From a virus (lineage: Duplodnaviria; Heunggongvirae; Uroviricota; Caudoviricetes): 64,000 nucleotides of DNA. The DNA is taken from positions 59,364 through 123,363 of IMG/VR virus record IMGVR_UViG_3300028048_000083. One strand, written 5' to 3'. Shown piece after piece: positions 37,316 to 47,479 of the stretch (position 1 is the stretch's first letter; every line of letters starts with the position of its first letter). The translations under genes were made by a program, and so were the position numbers. The notes beneath the pieces were generated by a model that ran no database searches, was not told the DNA's origin, and was given only the letters and a program-made list of their open reading frames with translations.

Positions 37316-38251
37316 TTAAAACAATTCAAATTTAACAAGCGCGTCAGTTAGCTTATCCAGGTCGCAACTCCAATGGCTTTTGTTATATGAGGCGTAATAG
37401 TCATTTACCTTGTAATCCTCGATTTCGCAACAATCCGCCCGAATTCCCTTGTATGTCAGGAAAGGAATTGCTGGATAAAGTATTGTCAGTAATTTGTCAA
37501 ATTCGTCAAACTCACACGGTTTATCGCCACCGACCGAACGTTCGTGACCGTCATATGACCATTCAGTGCCACCAGTTATCCACGGTTCACCATATAAAAA
37601 GTTGCCTTTGACACAAAAACCGACTTGGTTGGCAGCACTATAGACATAAGCTCTTGTACGTTCAGCACTGTCAGCTTTATATGCATTCCAGATTTCACGG
37701 TGTTTGCTTTCAACCAAAATATCACACTCAATATCCAGACTATTGGCAATTTTGGCTGAAGCCACCGCTTTTATTTTCTCCACATCGACAGGTTCAAAAA
37801 TACAGGTTTCTATTGTGGATTTTGCACTGCGAGTCGGATTGGCGAATGACCTTATCATGTCGTTTTTGATACACAGTTCGCGGTTATCGTCAAAATCTAT
37901 AATGGTGAATTTGTACGAACTATCGTGTAACATGCAATGATAGCGGTTGACCAAAGTGTATATCAGATTAGCCAAATCATTGTTAGTCAAACACAAGCAA
38001 TCGACATATACCGTGGCTTTTTCTGGTTTGTACGAAAACCATATGCTGTCGTCATATGAACGCTCATAATTTGCTGTAAAAACAGCATCTCTAAGACGTT
38101 TTTCAAGTTTTTTAATTGAACAATCATATGTACTATCCAAATTCAAGTATTCAGCCTCTTCTTTTTTCTGAAGCTTTTCACTAACCAAACGCTTGAAAAG
38201 CGTGGTTTTACCACTGCCTGGCAATCCATGAGCAATCAAAAACTTTTTCAT
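37316..38251 (-). CDS. P-loop kinase (polynucleotide kinase-like), tentative
   Basis: N-terminal Walker A LIAHGLPGSGKTTLFKRL, like T4 Pnk-type 5'-kinases. 311 aa, with a class-B motif upstream at 38279-38314. Confidence 0.5.
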   Translation of the reverse strand: MKKFLIAHGLPGSGKTTLFKRLVSEKLQKKEEAEYLNLDSTYDCSIKKLEKRLRDAVFTANYERSYDDSIWFSYKPEKATVYVDCLCLTNNDLANLIYTLVNRYHCMLHDSSYKFTIIDFDDNRELCIKNDMIRSFANPTRSAKSTIETCIFEPVDVEKIKAVASAKIANSLDIECDILVESKHREIWNAYKADSAERTRAYVYSAANQVGFCVKGNFLYGEPWITGGTEWSYDGHERSVGGDKPCEFDEFDKLLTILYPAIPFLTYKGIRADCCEIEDYKVNDYYASYNKSHWSCDLDKLTDALVKFELF

Positions 38252-38278
38252 GTTATATACATTTAATGCTTTAACAAA

Positions 38279-38314
38279 GATATAACCGTATCTTAGTTAT
38301 TTTTTCCGCAAAAA
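38279..38314 (-). promoter_or_regulatory. Conserved upstream motif (class B), instance
   Basis: Plus-strand GATATAACCGTATCTTAGTTATTTTTTCCGCAAAAA. Confidence 0.4.
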
Positions 38315-38324
38315 TATTCAAAAA

Positions 38325-38657
38325 TTACGTAATACGGATTAGTCCATCATCCTTTACGTTCTCTGTGTCGTTTGTATAGTAACTTACTGGAGTCTTGTGT
38401 ATGAAACTAACATGATAGTCATTTGCCGACAAAATTTCTTTTCCGTGTTCCTGTGTGGTAACAAATTGATAACATGTGTATCCTTCAACAGTTCCTGTTT
38501 TAACTTCACCATTACTGTCGTTATAAGTAATGATATCACCGTCAACTCCTTCATCGTGATTTGTATTCAAATTCCACAGAACCCCGTCTCTAACTTCCCA
38601 ACGACAAAAATCACTTAATTCATAAACATTGTCTTTGACTTTGATTTTATTTTTCAT
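38325..38657 (-). CDS. hypothetical protein
   Basis: 110-aa ORF. Confidence 0.4.
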   Translation of the reverse strand: MKNKIKVKDNVYELSDFCRWEVRDGVLWNLNTNHDEGVDGDIITYNDSNGEVKTGTVEGYTCYQFVTTQEHGKEILSANDYHVSFIHKTPVSYYTNDTENVKDDGLIRIT

Positions 38658-38855
38658 CCTTTATAATCTTATTATTAATTATTTTTAAAATAACATACCT
38701 ATTTGGCTCATTATATATAGGGTGTTCTTTGATAATATTTTCTTTGATTAATTCAAGTTCAAGTGTTTCGTTACTTTCAGCAACAACACATGCGTCATAT
38801 TGGTCGTATAATTGATAATCCTTCATGTATTCTACCTGTTTAGTGTAAATATGTT

Positions 38856-39083
38856 TTAATTTTCTATTTTAACCTTGTCAAATGGACATTTTTTCCCTGG
38901 ATAATTACAGGTGAAACAAAGCCCATCACCAAAGAATCCCCAATGTCTGCAGTTATTGTATATGTAATCACGCTTTTTCTTATTTTGCACCTCAGACGGT
39001 TTAAACCCATCTAATGAATAACCACATAGGTACAATCGTTTACCATTCAATGTGCCAGCTTTTAACTTTGAATTAATTGACAT
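38856..39083 (-). CDS. hypothetical Cys-rich protein
   Basis: Trimmed to the internal Met (MSINSKLKAG...) to resolve the 188-nt overlap with the 39073-39420 gene. C-terminal CRHWGFFGDGLCFTCNYPGKKCP. Confidence 0.35.
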   Translation of the reverse strand: MSINSKLKAGTLNGKRLYLCGYSLDGFKPSEVQNKKKRDYIYNNCRHWGFFGDGLCFTCNYPGKKCPFDKVKIEN

Positions 39084-39420
39084 CTTTATAAAATTCATCA
39101 ACCATTGCCTGGGCATCTTTGTTAAATTGGCAAACAAGCTTTGTAAGGTCAAAATCATCATAAAATATCTCAACTTTAGGCTCCAATAGATACGCTGGTA
39201 CCACCTGTTCTCCAACGATGAATGATTTGTGCTCTTTAATAAATTGTTCTTTTGCCTCATTTAACAAATTTAATACTTTGGCTTTTATTGTTTCTCTGGT
39301 TGGCGTATCGTTATGTTCATAAAGAAATTCTTCAACTATTGAATTGAGATGTTCATTAAATGTCGTCGCCAAACGAATGTTCTGAACGGAATCTAGTGTT
39401 TTTTCATTGAAATGTATCAT
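39073..39420 (-). CDS. hypothetical protein
   Basis: 115-aa ORF. Confidence 0.4.
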   Translation of the reverse strand: MIHFNEKTLDSVQNIRLATTFNEHLNSIVEEFLYEHNDTPTRETIKAKVLNLLNEAKEQFIKEHKSFIVGEQVVPAYLLEPKVEIFYDDFDLTKLVCQFNKDAQAMVDEFYKDVN

Positions 39421-39947
39421 TATATAGACCTATATTCTCCATAATGTTCGAGTGAACCGAATGAAAACAATGCCTGCTTGGTGTTTTTGTCGAACACTGT
39501 TATAGCCAACAGCCCTTGGCAACCGCTGTAATAGGAGATAACCCTTACCTCATCATCCCAATGATTGTTTGCATAATCGCATACAATATCAATAAAGGGT
39601 GTGGTAATTGGATATGCAACAGGTTCGCCTTGGGCATTGTAGCCGTGCTTGCACTCCAGTCTGCCGTTTTTGCTGCCGAAATATGTAAGTATTCCGCTTC
39701 CGTTTATTAGTGCGTGTTCATATCTGATGGACAAGTTCATGTTTTCGTTGGCATGATATGAACGATAGTTTTCCTTTGTGATTTTGTTTTCATACTCATC
39801 CTCATCAAACGCCGCCATCCAGCGCATCACATTTCCTAACGTATCATTGCAAGCTTGTATTTCGATATGATTGTCTGAATTGTCTTCGGCAGTGTTTTGA
39901 AGGAAATCATCCTGAACTTTGGTGATTTCTTTGTTTAATTTTTCCAT
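39420..39947 (-). CDS. hypothetical protein
   Basis: 175-aa ORF. Confidence 0.45.
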   Translation of the reverse strand: MEKLNKEITKVQDDFLQNTAEDNSDNHIEIQACNDTLGNVMRWMAAFDEDEYENKITKENYRSYHANENMNLSIRYEHALINGSGILTYFGSKNGRLECKHGYNAQGEPVAYPITTPFIDIVCDYANNHWDDEVRVISYYSGCQGLLAITVFDKNTKQALFSFGSLEHYGEYRSI

Positions 39948-39959
39948 AAAAATTCAATT

Positions 39960-40424
39960 TTATTTGTCTCTATTTAAAAGTTTGTTAATATATTCAATGT
40001 TTTTCTTTTTTTCATCCAATTCGCTTTCAAGTTTTTTTTGGATTTGCGTTAGCACAAAATCGTTTGGATATTTGACACATTCCGCAATTTTGTGTACAAA
40101 TTCGTCAAATTTACTTTCGATTTGTTCTTTTCGGTGGCTGTCAAACATAATACAGTCATAGGTAATATCACTTTCCGTTGGCTGGTTGGATGGAAAAGCA
40201 TAAAAAGCATAAAGCCAAGGAATGTGGTCTTCATCCACCGAATAATCCGCATAAAAAATCACAGTGTCTGTATTCTTGAAAGAGTTTGTCTCTGAATATT
40301 CGGTTAAAACCTGCTGGTACTTCTCCATGTCAATGACATATGGTATATTGTATTTAAGTCCAGTGTCAAGAATGTCCTCCATGTACTCATTCTGGTAACT
40401 GTTTGTCGCTGCATCGTATTTCAT
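39960..40424 (-). CDS. hypothetical protein
   Basis: 154-aa ORF. Confidence 0.45.
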   Translation of the reverse strand: MKYDAATNSYQNEYMEDILDTGLKYNIPYVIDMEKYQQVLTEYSETNSFKNTDTVIFYADYSVDEDHIPWLYAFYAFPSNQPTESDITYDCIMFDSHRKEQIESKFDEFVHKIAECVKYPNDFVLTQIQKKLESELDEKKKNIEYINKLLNRDK

Positions 40425-40612
40425 GTTAAATCAATTGGTTTTAGTTGGTTAAAATCATATTTCTTTCGGAATTCTTCAATTTCCTCTGGCGTGAGAACCT
40501 TTATGTTGTTATCCTCGTCTATAAACATATAGGATTCCCCGTAAACAAGGGTATTACGCAGAACCTGTTCACAGATATCCTGTGCTTTCATTTCAATTTC
40601 AAGGTCAGTCAT
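40421..40612 (-). CDS. hypothetical small protein
   Basis: 63-aa ORF. Confidence 0.35.
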   Translation of the reverse strand: MTDLEIEMKAQDICEQVLRNTLVYGESYMFIDEDNNIKVLTPEEIEEFRKKYDFNQLKPIDLT

Positions 40613-40618
40613 AACGTT

Positions 40619-40918
40619 TCAGATTTCTTCACTTATTACGATGGCTCCTTGTATCCATATGCGTTTACCGTCAAGGTCGAAGAACACCTGGTTGTCCGCA
40701 CCGTCGTCACGTATGTCGAATTTGCCTTTGTATGTCCTGATGGTGTCTCCGTTATAGCTGTATACCGTCAATGTACGGTTGAGACCGCCACCCCAGTCAC
40801 TGCCAATGCTTTTTATTTCACGTTTGCAGCTTTGTGGACCAAAAGCAAAAAACGCAAAAGCCAAACCAACGATAATAAGTATAACCACAAAAATGCCAAA
40901 AAATGTTCTTTTTTTCAT
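40619..40918 (-). CDS. membrane-anchored protein
   Basis: N-terminal TM segment FFGIFVVILIIVGLAFAFFAF. 99 aa. Confidence 0.45.
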   Translation of the reverse strand: MKKRTFFGIFVVILIIVGLAFAFFAFGPQSCKREIKSIGSDWGGGLNRTLTVYSYNGDTIRTYKGKFDIRDDGADNQVFFDLDGKRIWIQGAIVISEEI

Positions 40919-41454
40919 ATTCTAAAATATTTTCCGTAATTAAAATTCAATTTGTCTTTAATCCTATAATATCTGGACTTGATTGTACTTTCGGGCATCC
41001 CAAACATTTTGGAAATCTCCTTGAATGTGTATTCGTCGATAGCGACAAGATTCACCAAAGTACGTTCCTCTTCAGTCAGACAGCGCATGATTTTCAGAAT
41101 CAAGTCCTGTTTCTCATAATCGGTAGCCAAATCAAAATCGTCGCTTAATTCAGGAAGGAATTCACTCTCTATTGGAAGATACCGATACTTCATGTCCTTC
41201 TTGTAGCGGTTAATGATTTGCCTCATAATTATCCTGTGCATCCATCCCTCAAAGGTTCCGTCACCCCTGTATTTTTTGATATTGGCAAATATTGACACGA
41301 AACCTTCAACCAACACATCCTGGGCAATGTCATCGTCAGCCGAATATCGTCGGCATAAAGCATAAAACTTAGGACTGTACTTGTCATATAAGGCTCGTTG
41401 CATTGAAGGGTTGTTGTTTCGGCACCCTTCTATAATGTTGTCTATATTATCCAT
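40915..41454 (-). CDS. RNA polymerase sigma factor, sigma-70 family (ECF-like)
   Basis: Region 2-like LYDKYSPKFYALCRRYSADDDIAQDVLVEGFVSIFANIKKY and region 4-like LTEEERTLVNLVAIDEYTFKEISKMFGMPESTIKSRYYRIKDKL. 179 aa. Confidence 0.85.
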   Translation of the reverse strand: MDNIDNIIEGCRNNNPSMQRALYDKYSPKFYALCRRYSADDDIAQDVLVEGFVSIFANIKKYRGDGTFEGWMHRIIMRQIINRYKKDMKYRYLPIESEFLPELSDDFDLATDYEKQDLILKIMRCLTEEERTLVNLVAIDEYTFKEISKMFGMPESTIKSRYYRIKDKLNFNYGKYFRI

Positions 41455-41463
41455 AAATCAAAC

Positions 41464-41733
41464 TTAAAGCGATTTCCAAACCACAACGCTATCAAAACTA
41501 CAAGAGTCATAATACACAACGCGCAATTCCGTGTTGCCTCGATACACATCGATTGCCTGGGGTTCTTTATTGTAAGCTGAAATAACCCACAAAATGATAG
41601 CCAAGCCGACCAGATTGAACAGGAAACTCCATATCATGATTATGATTGGAATGTTTTGGCTTTTGAATGACAGCAAATATCCCAAGCACCCGATGCATAT
41701 GAAACTTATCGCTATAAACAAAAGTATTGTCAT
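41464..41733 (-). CDS. small membrane protein (possible anti-sigma/regulatory partner)
   Basis: Two TM helices. Overlaps the next gene by 4 nt and lies 9 nt upstream of the sigma factor gene. Confidence 0.35.
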   Translation of the reverse strand: MTILLFIAISFICIGCLGYLLSFKSQNIPIIIMIWSFLFNLVGLAIILWVISAYNKEPQAIDVYRGNTELRVVYYDSCSFDSVVVWKSL

Positions 41734-42050
41734 TTGGCGTCGTAATATATCATGTTTTCCACAGAGTATTCACCATAGTTTTGATGGTAATCGCTGTTCA
41801 ATTTCTTGCACCTTTTCTCGGCTTCCTTTTTTGTATGCCCACGGCTCCATATGCAGTCAAAGTACCCGTTCCTGTATCTGACAATCCCCCACACAGGGGC
41901 TTTATCCATGTCAATGTCCAGTAATGTGGTAGGATTGCCGTTGGCTGTTTTGGGGTTCTGGATATCAGTTTCCGTCTCCTTCTCCTTGTTGGATGACCCG
42001 AACAAGAAACCGACTATAAAACTAATGACTATTAATAATAAAATATGCAT
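41730..42050 (-). CDS. membrane-anchored protein
   Basis: N-terminal TM segment MHILLLIVISFIVGFLFG. 106 aa. Confidence 0.4.
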   Translation of the reverse strand: MHILLLIVISFIVGFLFGSSNKEKETETDIQNPKTANGNPTTLLDIDMDKAPVWGIVRYRNGYFDCIWSRGHTKKEAEKRCKKLNSDYHQNYGEYSVENMIYYDAK

Positions 42051-42062
42051 GGCTTTTTTTTA

Positions 42063-43367
42063 TCAATTGGTAGAGTTTTTCATGGGGTTGGCGCAAAAGC
42101 CTATTCTTTTTTCAACCTTCTTGAGTATACTAGCACCGCCTACGGGATTACTGGAATATGAATATGGTCTATCGTCTTCAGCCTCAGGGGTATCATAACA
42201 ATAATTCATCCCAAACTCATCTTCATTAGTATCGCGTAATGGGTTGGTTTTTTCAGTAACATTGAAATTGACCGTTATGTAATCTGGAGTCAGGTTTCTG
42301 TAGTATAAGATAAGGTCTTTGGTTTCCTGGTTTGCAATTGAAGATACGTTCATCCATTCATTGTCAATGTTTTTAGTATCAATATACAATCCATATTCTT
42401 TATTGTATTTCAAATCCTCAACTTTGAAAATACAGTCGCCCAAACGAGTCCATCCCTTAGGCTGGAATAATTCACAACGAATACATTTATTCGAAAACGG
42501 TGTATAATAAAACTTACTCACAAGTCTGTCACCATTGGTGAACATTAAATTAAGAGAGCCTTGCCTTTCTTCGTTGTAACCGATATTCAAATCGTCAAAG
42601 GTGTCAATAAGGCTGTATCCATTGTTAAGTTCAAACACAAGACTGCGCAGGCAATCATAGTTCAAAGCGTTTACATAAGCAAACAAAGTTATCTTGTCAA
42701 TACTCTCAATGCATTTTTCGGTATTGATATTGTCGTGCATGTACTCGGTAATATCATCATATTTCGGTTCAGAGAACGAAAAACTGTAGTGAAAACGACC
42801 AGGTCTGTTGTATATGTATTGCGACAAGTTCGAAACGCTGTTGCAGGTTATGATAAACATCTTCTTGGTCATGTTGATGCCGTCAAAAGTGGACAGCATT
42901 TCATTTTGCTCACTCCCGCGTTTCTCATCATGTACAAACATTTTCTCAAATTCATCAAACAGGAAAACACATTCCTGGCTAATCTGTGTCATAAATGTTG
43001 GTAAAGACGGGTGATAGAAATTCACGTTGATTACAGGATAGCCAGCGTTTATCATGTTGATACACATTTGCTTGGCGAATAAAGTTTTACCATTGCCCTT
43101 GTTACCCACAAGCATGATACCTAAGCTGCGGTTGAACTCCTTGTAGGTCTTCATACACTTGGCGATTTTGTTCTGGTCACTGCCATAGACTTTTCCGTTG
43201 ATTTCAGGTCTGGTTGTCTTTACTACGAAAGGACCATTGTCATCCACCATAAACTGGTAAAAGTCAGGTTCAAACTGGTCGTAAACCTCAATGTTTTCGC
43301 CATATACTCTGTATTTGCCTTCTGTCTTTATTATTTGCATAGTTCTATTTTTTTTTTCTATTAACAT
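42063..43367 (-). CDS. AAA+ ATPase
   Basis: Walker A LGIMLVGNKGNGKTLFAKQM and Walker B CVFLFDEFEKM. 434 aa. Confidence 0.7.
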   Translation of the reverse strand: MLIEKKNRTMQIIKTEGKYRVYGENIEVYDQFEPDFYQFMVDDNGPFVVKTTRPEINGKVYGSDQNKIAKCMKTYKEFNRSLGIMLVGNKGNGKTLFAKQMCINMINAGYPVINVNFYHPSLPTFMTQISQECVFLFDEFEKMFVHDEKRGSEQNEMLSTFDGINMTKKMFIITCNSVSNLSQYIYNRPGRFHYSFSFSEPKYDDITEYMHDNINTEKCIESIDKITLFAYVNALNYDCLRSLVFELNNGYSLIDTFDDLNIGYNEERQGSLNLMFTNGDRLVSKFYYTPFSNKCIRCELFQPKGWTRLGDCIFKVEDLKYNKEYGLYIDTKNIDNEWMNVSSIANQETKDLILYYRNLTPDYITVNFNVTEKTNPLRDTNEDEFGMNYCYDTPEAEDDRPYSYSSNPVGGASILKKVEKRIGFCANPMKNSTN

Positions 43368-43400
43368 TAATATACAAATTTTATACGTAACACATAAAAT

Positions 43401-43811
43401 TTATTTGCCTGGTTTCAGTTTCATGTCATATTTGATTGCATCGTAGAGTTTGGACGGTGTTGTAACGTTCATTGTTTTTCCGTCAGAAAACGTTATTTCA
43501 CATGGTTTTACGGAATCATCTTTGATGCTGAAGTGCTTTGATTTGCCAAAATTACATTCCCACATCCACCAATTGATTAAATCAACCGCATATTCTGACG
43601 CATAGTCAGGTGTGTCAAAATCTTCGGCTATCGCGTTTACAAGGCTGTCGAATAAATTGCCATACGGCGGTTCATACGAAGTCGAATATATGTAATCCCT
43701 TTCACAGCCAGCATTGGTATATGCATTGGAGACTTCTTCACCAAACCGCTTGACGGTCTCATAATATGACTTCATTGAATTAATCAGTCCAACAAATGTT
43801 TTCCTCTTCAT
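43401..43811 (-). CDS. hypothetical protein
   Basis: 136-aa ORF. Confidence 0.4.
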   Translation of the reverse strand: MKRKTFVGLINSMKSYYETVKRFGEEVSNAYTNAGCERDYIYSTSYEPPYGNLFDSLVNAIAEDFDTPDYASEYAVDLINWWMWECNFGKSKHFSIKDDSVKPCEITFSDGKTMNVTTPSKLYDAIKYDMKLKPGK

Positions 43812-43974
43812 GTTATTCGTTGTTACGGTTAGCGTGTTTGATATTCAAAGTCCACCACTTGTCCTGGAATTTGTGCATTGTACGGCGGAGAGCCAGTTTT
43901 GCAAGTTTCTCTTCTCTTTTGATTTGCTTGGGGGGTTTCTTTTTTGCTATATTTTCCATAATCTGTGTTGTTTA

Positions 43975-44208
43975 TTAATTTTTGAGTTTTGATAAATTTC
44001 CGAATTTTGACAGCAGCATATTCTCCATCTCGTCGTCTGAAATTGTCGGCTGTTGTTTGTATTCATTAAAATACGATTCGCGCGATGCTTGACCTACAAG
44101 CACTTTGGCTGGTTTTGACACTTTGAATGAGGAAATGCGTTCCTTTTCACACAAGGGACAGCAGTTTTCGGTATAAACCAAATGGTGTTTTTCACATGTT
44201 TTTTTCAT
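43975..44208 (-). CDS. small zinc-binding protein
   Basis: CEKHH...CCPLCEK. 77 aa. Confidence 0.35.
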   Translation of the reverse strand: MKKTCEKHHLVYTENCCPLCEKERISSFKVSKPAKVLVGQASRESYFNEYKQQPTISDDEMENMLLSKFGNLSKLKN

Positions 44209-44218
44209 AATTCAAGTG

Positions 44219-44596
44219 TTATAAACATTTCAATGACTTTAAATATGAATTCAAATATGAAAGTATGTTTTCCCTTCCGTCTGGATTGGATGAATGGCAT
44301 TCGAATTTCGGTAACGGCATGTTGTATTTCATACAAGTCTCAACCAAGACTTTCGCACAGTCAAGTCCAGTCTTTTCCTCACCCAAATCGTGGTCGAAGC
44401 AAACCAGCGCGGGAAACAGTTCCGCAGGGTCGTCCATAACCTTTGACATCCAGTCACAGAATTTTTCATATGTTTTAATCCACACGACCACAGGTTCACC
44501 TTTAAAATCGTGTGAGTTTTTCTGTATCACTGGATACCAGTCGTAACTGAAAGGATTCCTCCTGTCATCTAACCATATAACCAAATTGTTGAACAT
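44219..44596 (-). CDS. hypothetical protein
   Basis: 125-aa ORF with a class-B motif upstream at 44604-44640. Confidence 0.45.
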   Translation of the reverse strand: MFNNLVIWLDDRRNPFSYDWYPVIQKNSHDFKGEPVVVWIKTYEKFCDWMSKVMDDPAELFPALVCFDHDLGEEKTGLDCAKVLVETCMKYNMPLPKFECHSSNPDGRENILSYLNSYLKSLKCL

Positions 44597-44639
44597 ATGC
44601 CTTTATAACCGAAATATGTCTGTTTTTTCTGTGATTTTG

Positions 44640-45668
44640 TCATTTAATTGGTATCAGTGTTTCGGAATCAACATCCAATTGTCTGCAATTGTATTTAACA
44701 GCCTCCCTTGATGCGTTGGCATAACAATATATACAGAAATGCGGACAAGTGTTGTATGCCCCTATATCTTTGCTTAACATGCACCCACATTCCTTCCGTT
44801 GTCCTCTGTCTTTCCACCAATTGGTTGATACTTTATCGATAGACAATAACCCGCCATAATTCAGAAAATTCAAAAAGGAAATATCATCGGCTGCAATTTT
44901 CTTGAATTGCTCACTGTCAATACACCTGTTATGCTGGATGTCATATTGTTCAAGGTTGAACTTTTCGCCACAGGTAGCCAGTTCAATCTCCCAGCCATCC
45001 TCTTTCCATTTGTCGCGTAGAGCGGCTATTCTGGACGCTATGGCATTCATCAGGTCTGGGGTGTATTCACTGTCCAGTATCGTTTCGTTGGTGAAACCGT
45101 TGCCGTATTTTAATAGGTTGGTTTGGACTTTTTTGTAGCAGTTGATGTCAACAAAACTGAAAACAAGTTTGTTTGTATACCCCTTTATTTTGTTTCCAAT
45201 GTTTTCAATCCTGCCGATGAGTTCATCCTGGTTCATCGGCATAAGCGGGTCAAACCGCCAGATTACCCTGTCGGCCCCTACAGTATTCGACAAGTTGATA
45301 AATGTCTCAATACGCTTGTCAAGCGGCGGCAAATTCGGTTCAAACCCCTCTTTTTCATAGTCGTTCAAAGTGTATTGGAAATATGTGTGTATACCCTGCT
45401 CGTCAAGTTCCTTTTGGAAATCTATGATTTTCTTGTGGGGATTCTTTGTCCAGAACACAATACCTTTCACTTTCTCATATGATATATATTGAGGTATGTT
45501 GGTATAAGGGTTGTTCCATACAGAATAGCCTGCTTTCCAACGGTTCATGAACCAGTTGAAATGAAAAGCGGGAATATCGGTGGAACGGCTGACGGACAAT
45601 ATGACAGGTGCTATAGCATCAACTGTATTGCCGTTCGGTAGTGTGAGTTTAACTTTTTCGTGTGCCAT
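44640..45668 (-). CDS. DUF1848-like protein with C-terminal Cys cluster, tentative
   Basis: 342 aa with C-terminal ECGCMLSKDIGAYNTCPHFCIYCYAN, suggesting an Fe-S or metal site. The similarity to DUF1848 is judged by eye. Confidence 0.35.
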   Translation of the reverse strand: MAHEKVKLTLPNGNTVDAIAPVILSVSRSTDIPAFHFNWFMNRWKAGYSVWNNPYTNIPQYISYEKVKGIVFWTKNPHKKIIDFQKELDEQGIHTYFQYTLNDYEKEGFEPNLPPLDKRIETFINLSNTVGADRVIWRFDPLMPMNQDELIGRIENIGNKIKGYTNKLVFSFVDINCYKKVQTNLLKYGNGFTNETILDSEYTPDLMNAIASRIAALRDKWKEDGWEIELATCGEKFNLEQYDIQHNRCIDSEQFKKIAADDISFLNFLNYGGLLSIDKVSTNWWKDRGQRKECGCMLSKDIGAYNTCPHFCIYCYANASREAVKYNCRQLDVDSETLIPIK

Positions 45669-45683
45669 ATAATAACAATAATT

Positions 45684-45896
45684 TTATTCAATTTCTTTGA
45701 AGACCTGTGCATCTCCTGCTGGCACATCACCATAGTCAGTAACATAATAACGCTTATGGGTTTCGTTATCTTTCATTTCAATACGTATTTTTCTGACAAC
45801 TCCTGAAACAATGTTGCCAGTTTCGGAATCTTTGAAACAAATCATATCGCCAGGTGAGAAATTGAGAAAACCTTTTACGTTATATTCAAATACCAT
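45684..45896 (-). CDS. hypothetical small protein
   Basis: 70-aa ORF. Confidence 0.35.
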   Translation of the reverse strand: MVFEYNVKGFLNFSPGDMICFKDSETGNIVSGVVRKIRIEMKDNETHKRYYVTDYGDVPAGDAQVFKEIE

Positions 45897-46099
45897 AGTT
45901 ATTGTGCATTTTAGTTATCATAGTCATCAAAATCTTCAGGATGGTAAGTATATTGCATTGAAAAGCATAACCACCCTGCCAGTATTCGCCATTCACTTAT
46001 ATCAAAAAACGGTAATACATGAAATTCCCATATAGGATTCTGTATTGTAAAATGAATACTTAAATGTTTTGTTAAGTAAAAATCTTTTTTCATGTTGTT

Positions 46100-46309
46100 T
46101 TAATAATAAAAGTGGAATAGTGATTTAAGGTTATCGAATTTCTCGTCTTTGTCAATCGGTTCAATGGTTCCGTCTTCGTTGGCTTTGACTACCATCCAAC
46201 CAACGAGTTCATTTGTGCTGTCGTCAATCAGGGCTGACACTTTGCACTTTTCGGCGAATCCAAAGCATTCGGTTAACTGGTCAATGATTGGTTTTAATTC
46301 TATTTTCAT
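46100..46309 (-). CDS. hypothetical small protein
   Basis: 69-aa ORF. Confidence 0.35.
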   Translation of the reverse strand: MKIELKPIIDQLTECFGFAEKCKVSALIDDSTNELVGWMVVKANEDGTIEPIDKDEKFDNLKSLFHFYY

Positions 46310-46311
46310 AA

Positions 46312-46746
46312 TTAAATTTTAATTTTTCTTGTTTTGTTTGGAATTAGAAATTTATTAAATTTGGTCTTGACATAAAATTCCAGTTCTTTATCTGTTGCAA
46401 AGTAAAATTTTTGCGTACTGCCGTCAAGAAAATGTATCGTCAAGCAAGGCGCATTGTACCATTTGTTGTCTTTGAACAATATGTGTTTGTTGGTACAATC
46501 CTCAATGTACTCAGGAGTGCCAAAAAATGTATGTGCATATGTCCAAATATCGTTTTTAGCTTTATATATCGGAAACAAGCCACCGCCAAAAAACGAAAAA
46601 TATCTGTCCCTTTCAGCAATCTCTGGCTGCACTTCACCGAATACTGGCTGGTATTTCTCACCTTTAGGTATCAATGAAACTTTTTCACACAATGAAAGTT
46701 TTGAAACAGTAAGATGTGAAATATTATTATAAAGTGTTTCGTTCAT
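46312..46746 (-). CDS. hypothetical protein
   Basis: 144-aa ORF. Confidence 0.45.
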   Translation of the reverse strand: MNETLYNNISHLTVSKLSLCEKVSLIPKGEKYQPVFGEVQPEIAERDRYFSFFGGGLFPIYKAKNDIWTYAHTFFGTPEYIEDCTNKHILFKDNKWYNAPCLTIHFLDGSTQKFYFATDKELEFYVKTKFNKFLIPNKTRKIKI

Positions 46747-46754
46747 TCGTTTGT

Positions 46755-47477
46755 TTATTTGGCTTTCAGTTTGGCTAGTTCAGCTTCAAGCACTTTGAGT
46801 CTTTTCTCTTTAGCCAGCTCCTTTTCCCTCAATTCAACCTTGTTGTCAACATATTTGATGACAATCTTGTATATCCTGTTCTCTACGGAATCATCGTCTT
46901 CAACCCCTTTATGTTCATAAACAAAATAATTGTCTTCATAACCAGACCATTTTTGTTCAAAGGTACCGACACCAAACCGCTTTTCAGGTTGTTTGAAATA
47001 CACACAGAGTTCTTCAGGTGTCTTACCAAACAACTCGTGCCCATCCAAACCTTCCTCTACCTTGATTTCTTTTGGTATAAAGTCCTCATCTTTGACACAT
47101 TGGTCGAACATCACAGTAAGCTGTTGTTTGTTGTAAAAGTGCCCGTATACATAGTGAACACTCTCAATTACAGCATTTTTTATCTTATTCCTGTTCATGG
47201 TCTGATTGTTTAGTCGGTCAATTTCAGCAGCAATAAGTGCTCCAGCTTTTACCAATTCCCGTATACGGTTGTCTGGAGTTGGCTTGTACCAGTCAAGTGA
47301 CCAGTCCTCTGGCCATCCAACATAGTCAAGTCGTTTTCCCCTGTATGGGTAAGCGTAGCAAGCAGCAGCGTGGGCTAATTCGCCGTTAATGTGTTCATTG
47401 TCATGTTCAACATTCCAACCTTCAACTTCAATCTGACGTTTTCTTTCGTCAGCAATCAATTCTACACCTGTTTTCAT
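46755..47477 (-). CDS. hypothetical protein with C-terminal coiled coil
   Basis: 240 aa with a coiled-coil tail (KELAKEKRLKVLEAELAKLKAK). Confidence 0.45.
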   Translation of the reverse strand: MKTGVELIADERKRQIEVEGWNVEHDNEHINGELAHAAACYAYPYRGKRLDYVGWPEDWSLDWYKPTPDNRIRELVKAGALIAAEIDRLNNQTMNRNKIKNAVIESVHYVYGHFYNKQQLTVMFDQCVKDEDFIPKEIKVEEGLDGHELFGKTPEELCVYFKQPEKRFGVGTFEQKWSGYEDNYFVYEHKGVEDDDSVENRIYKIVIKYVDNKVELREKELAKEKRLKVLEAELAKLKAK

Positions 47478-47479
47478 AT

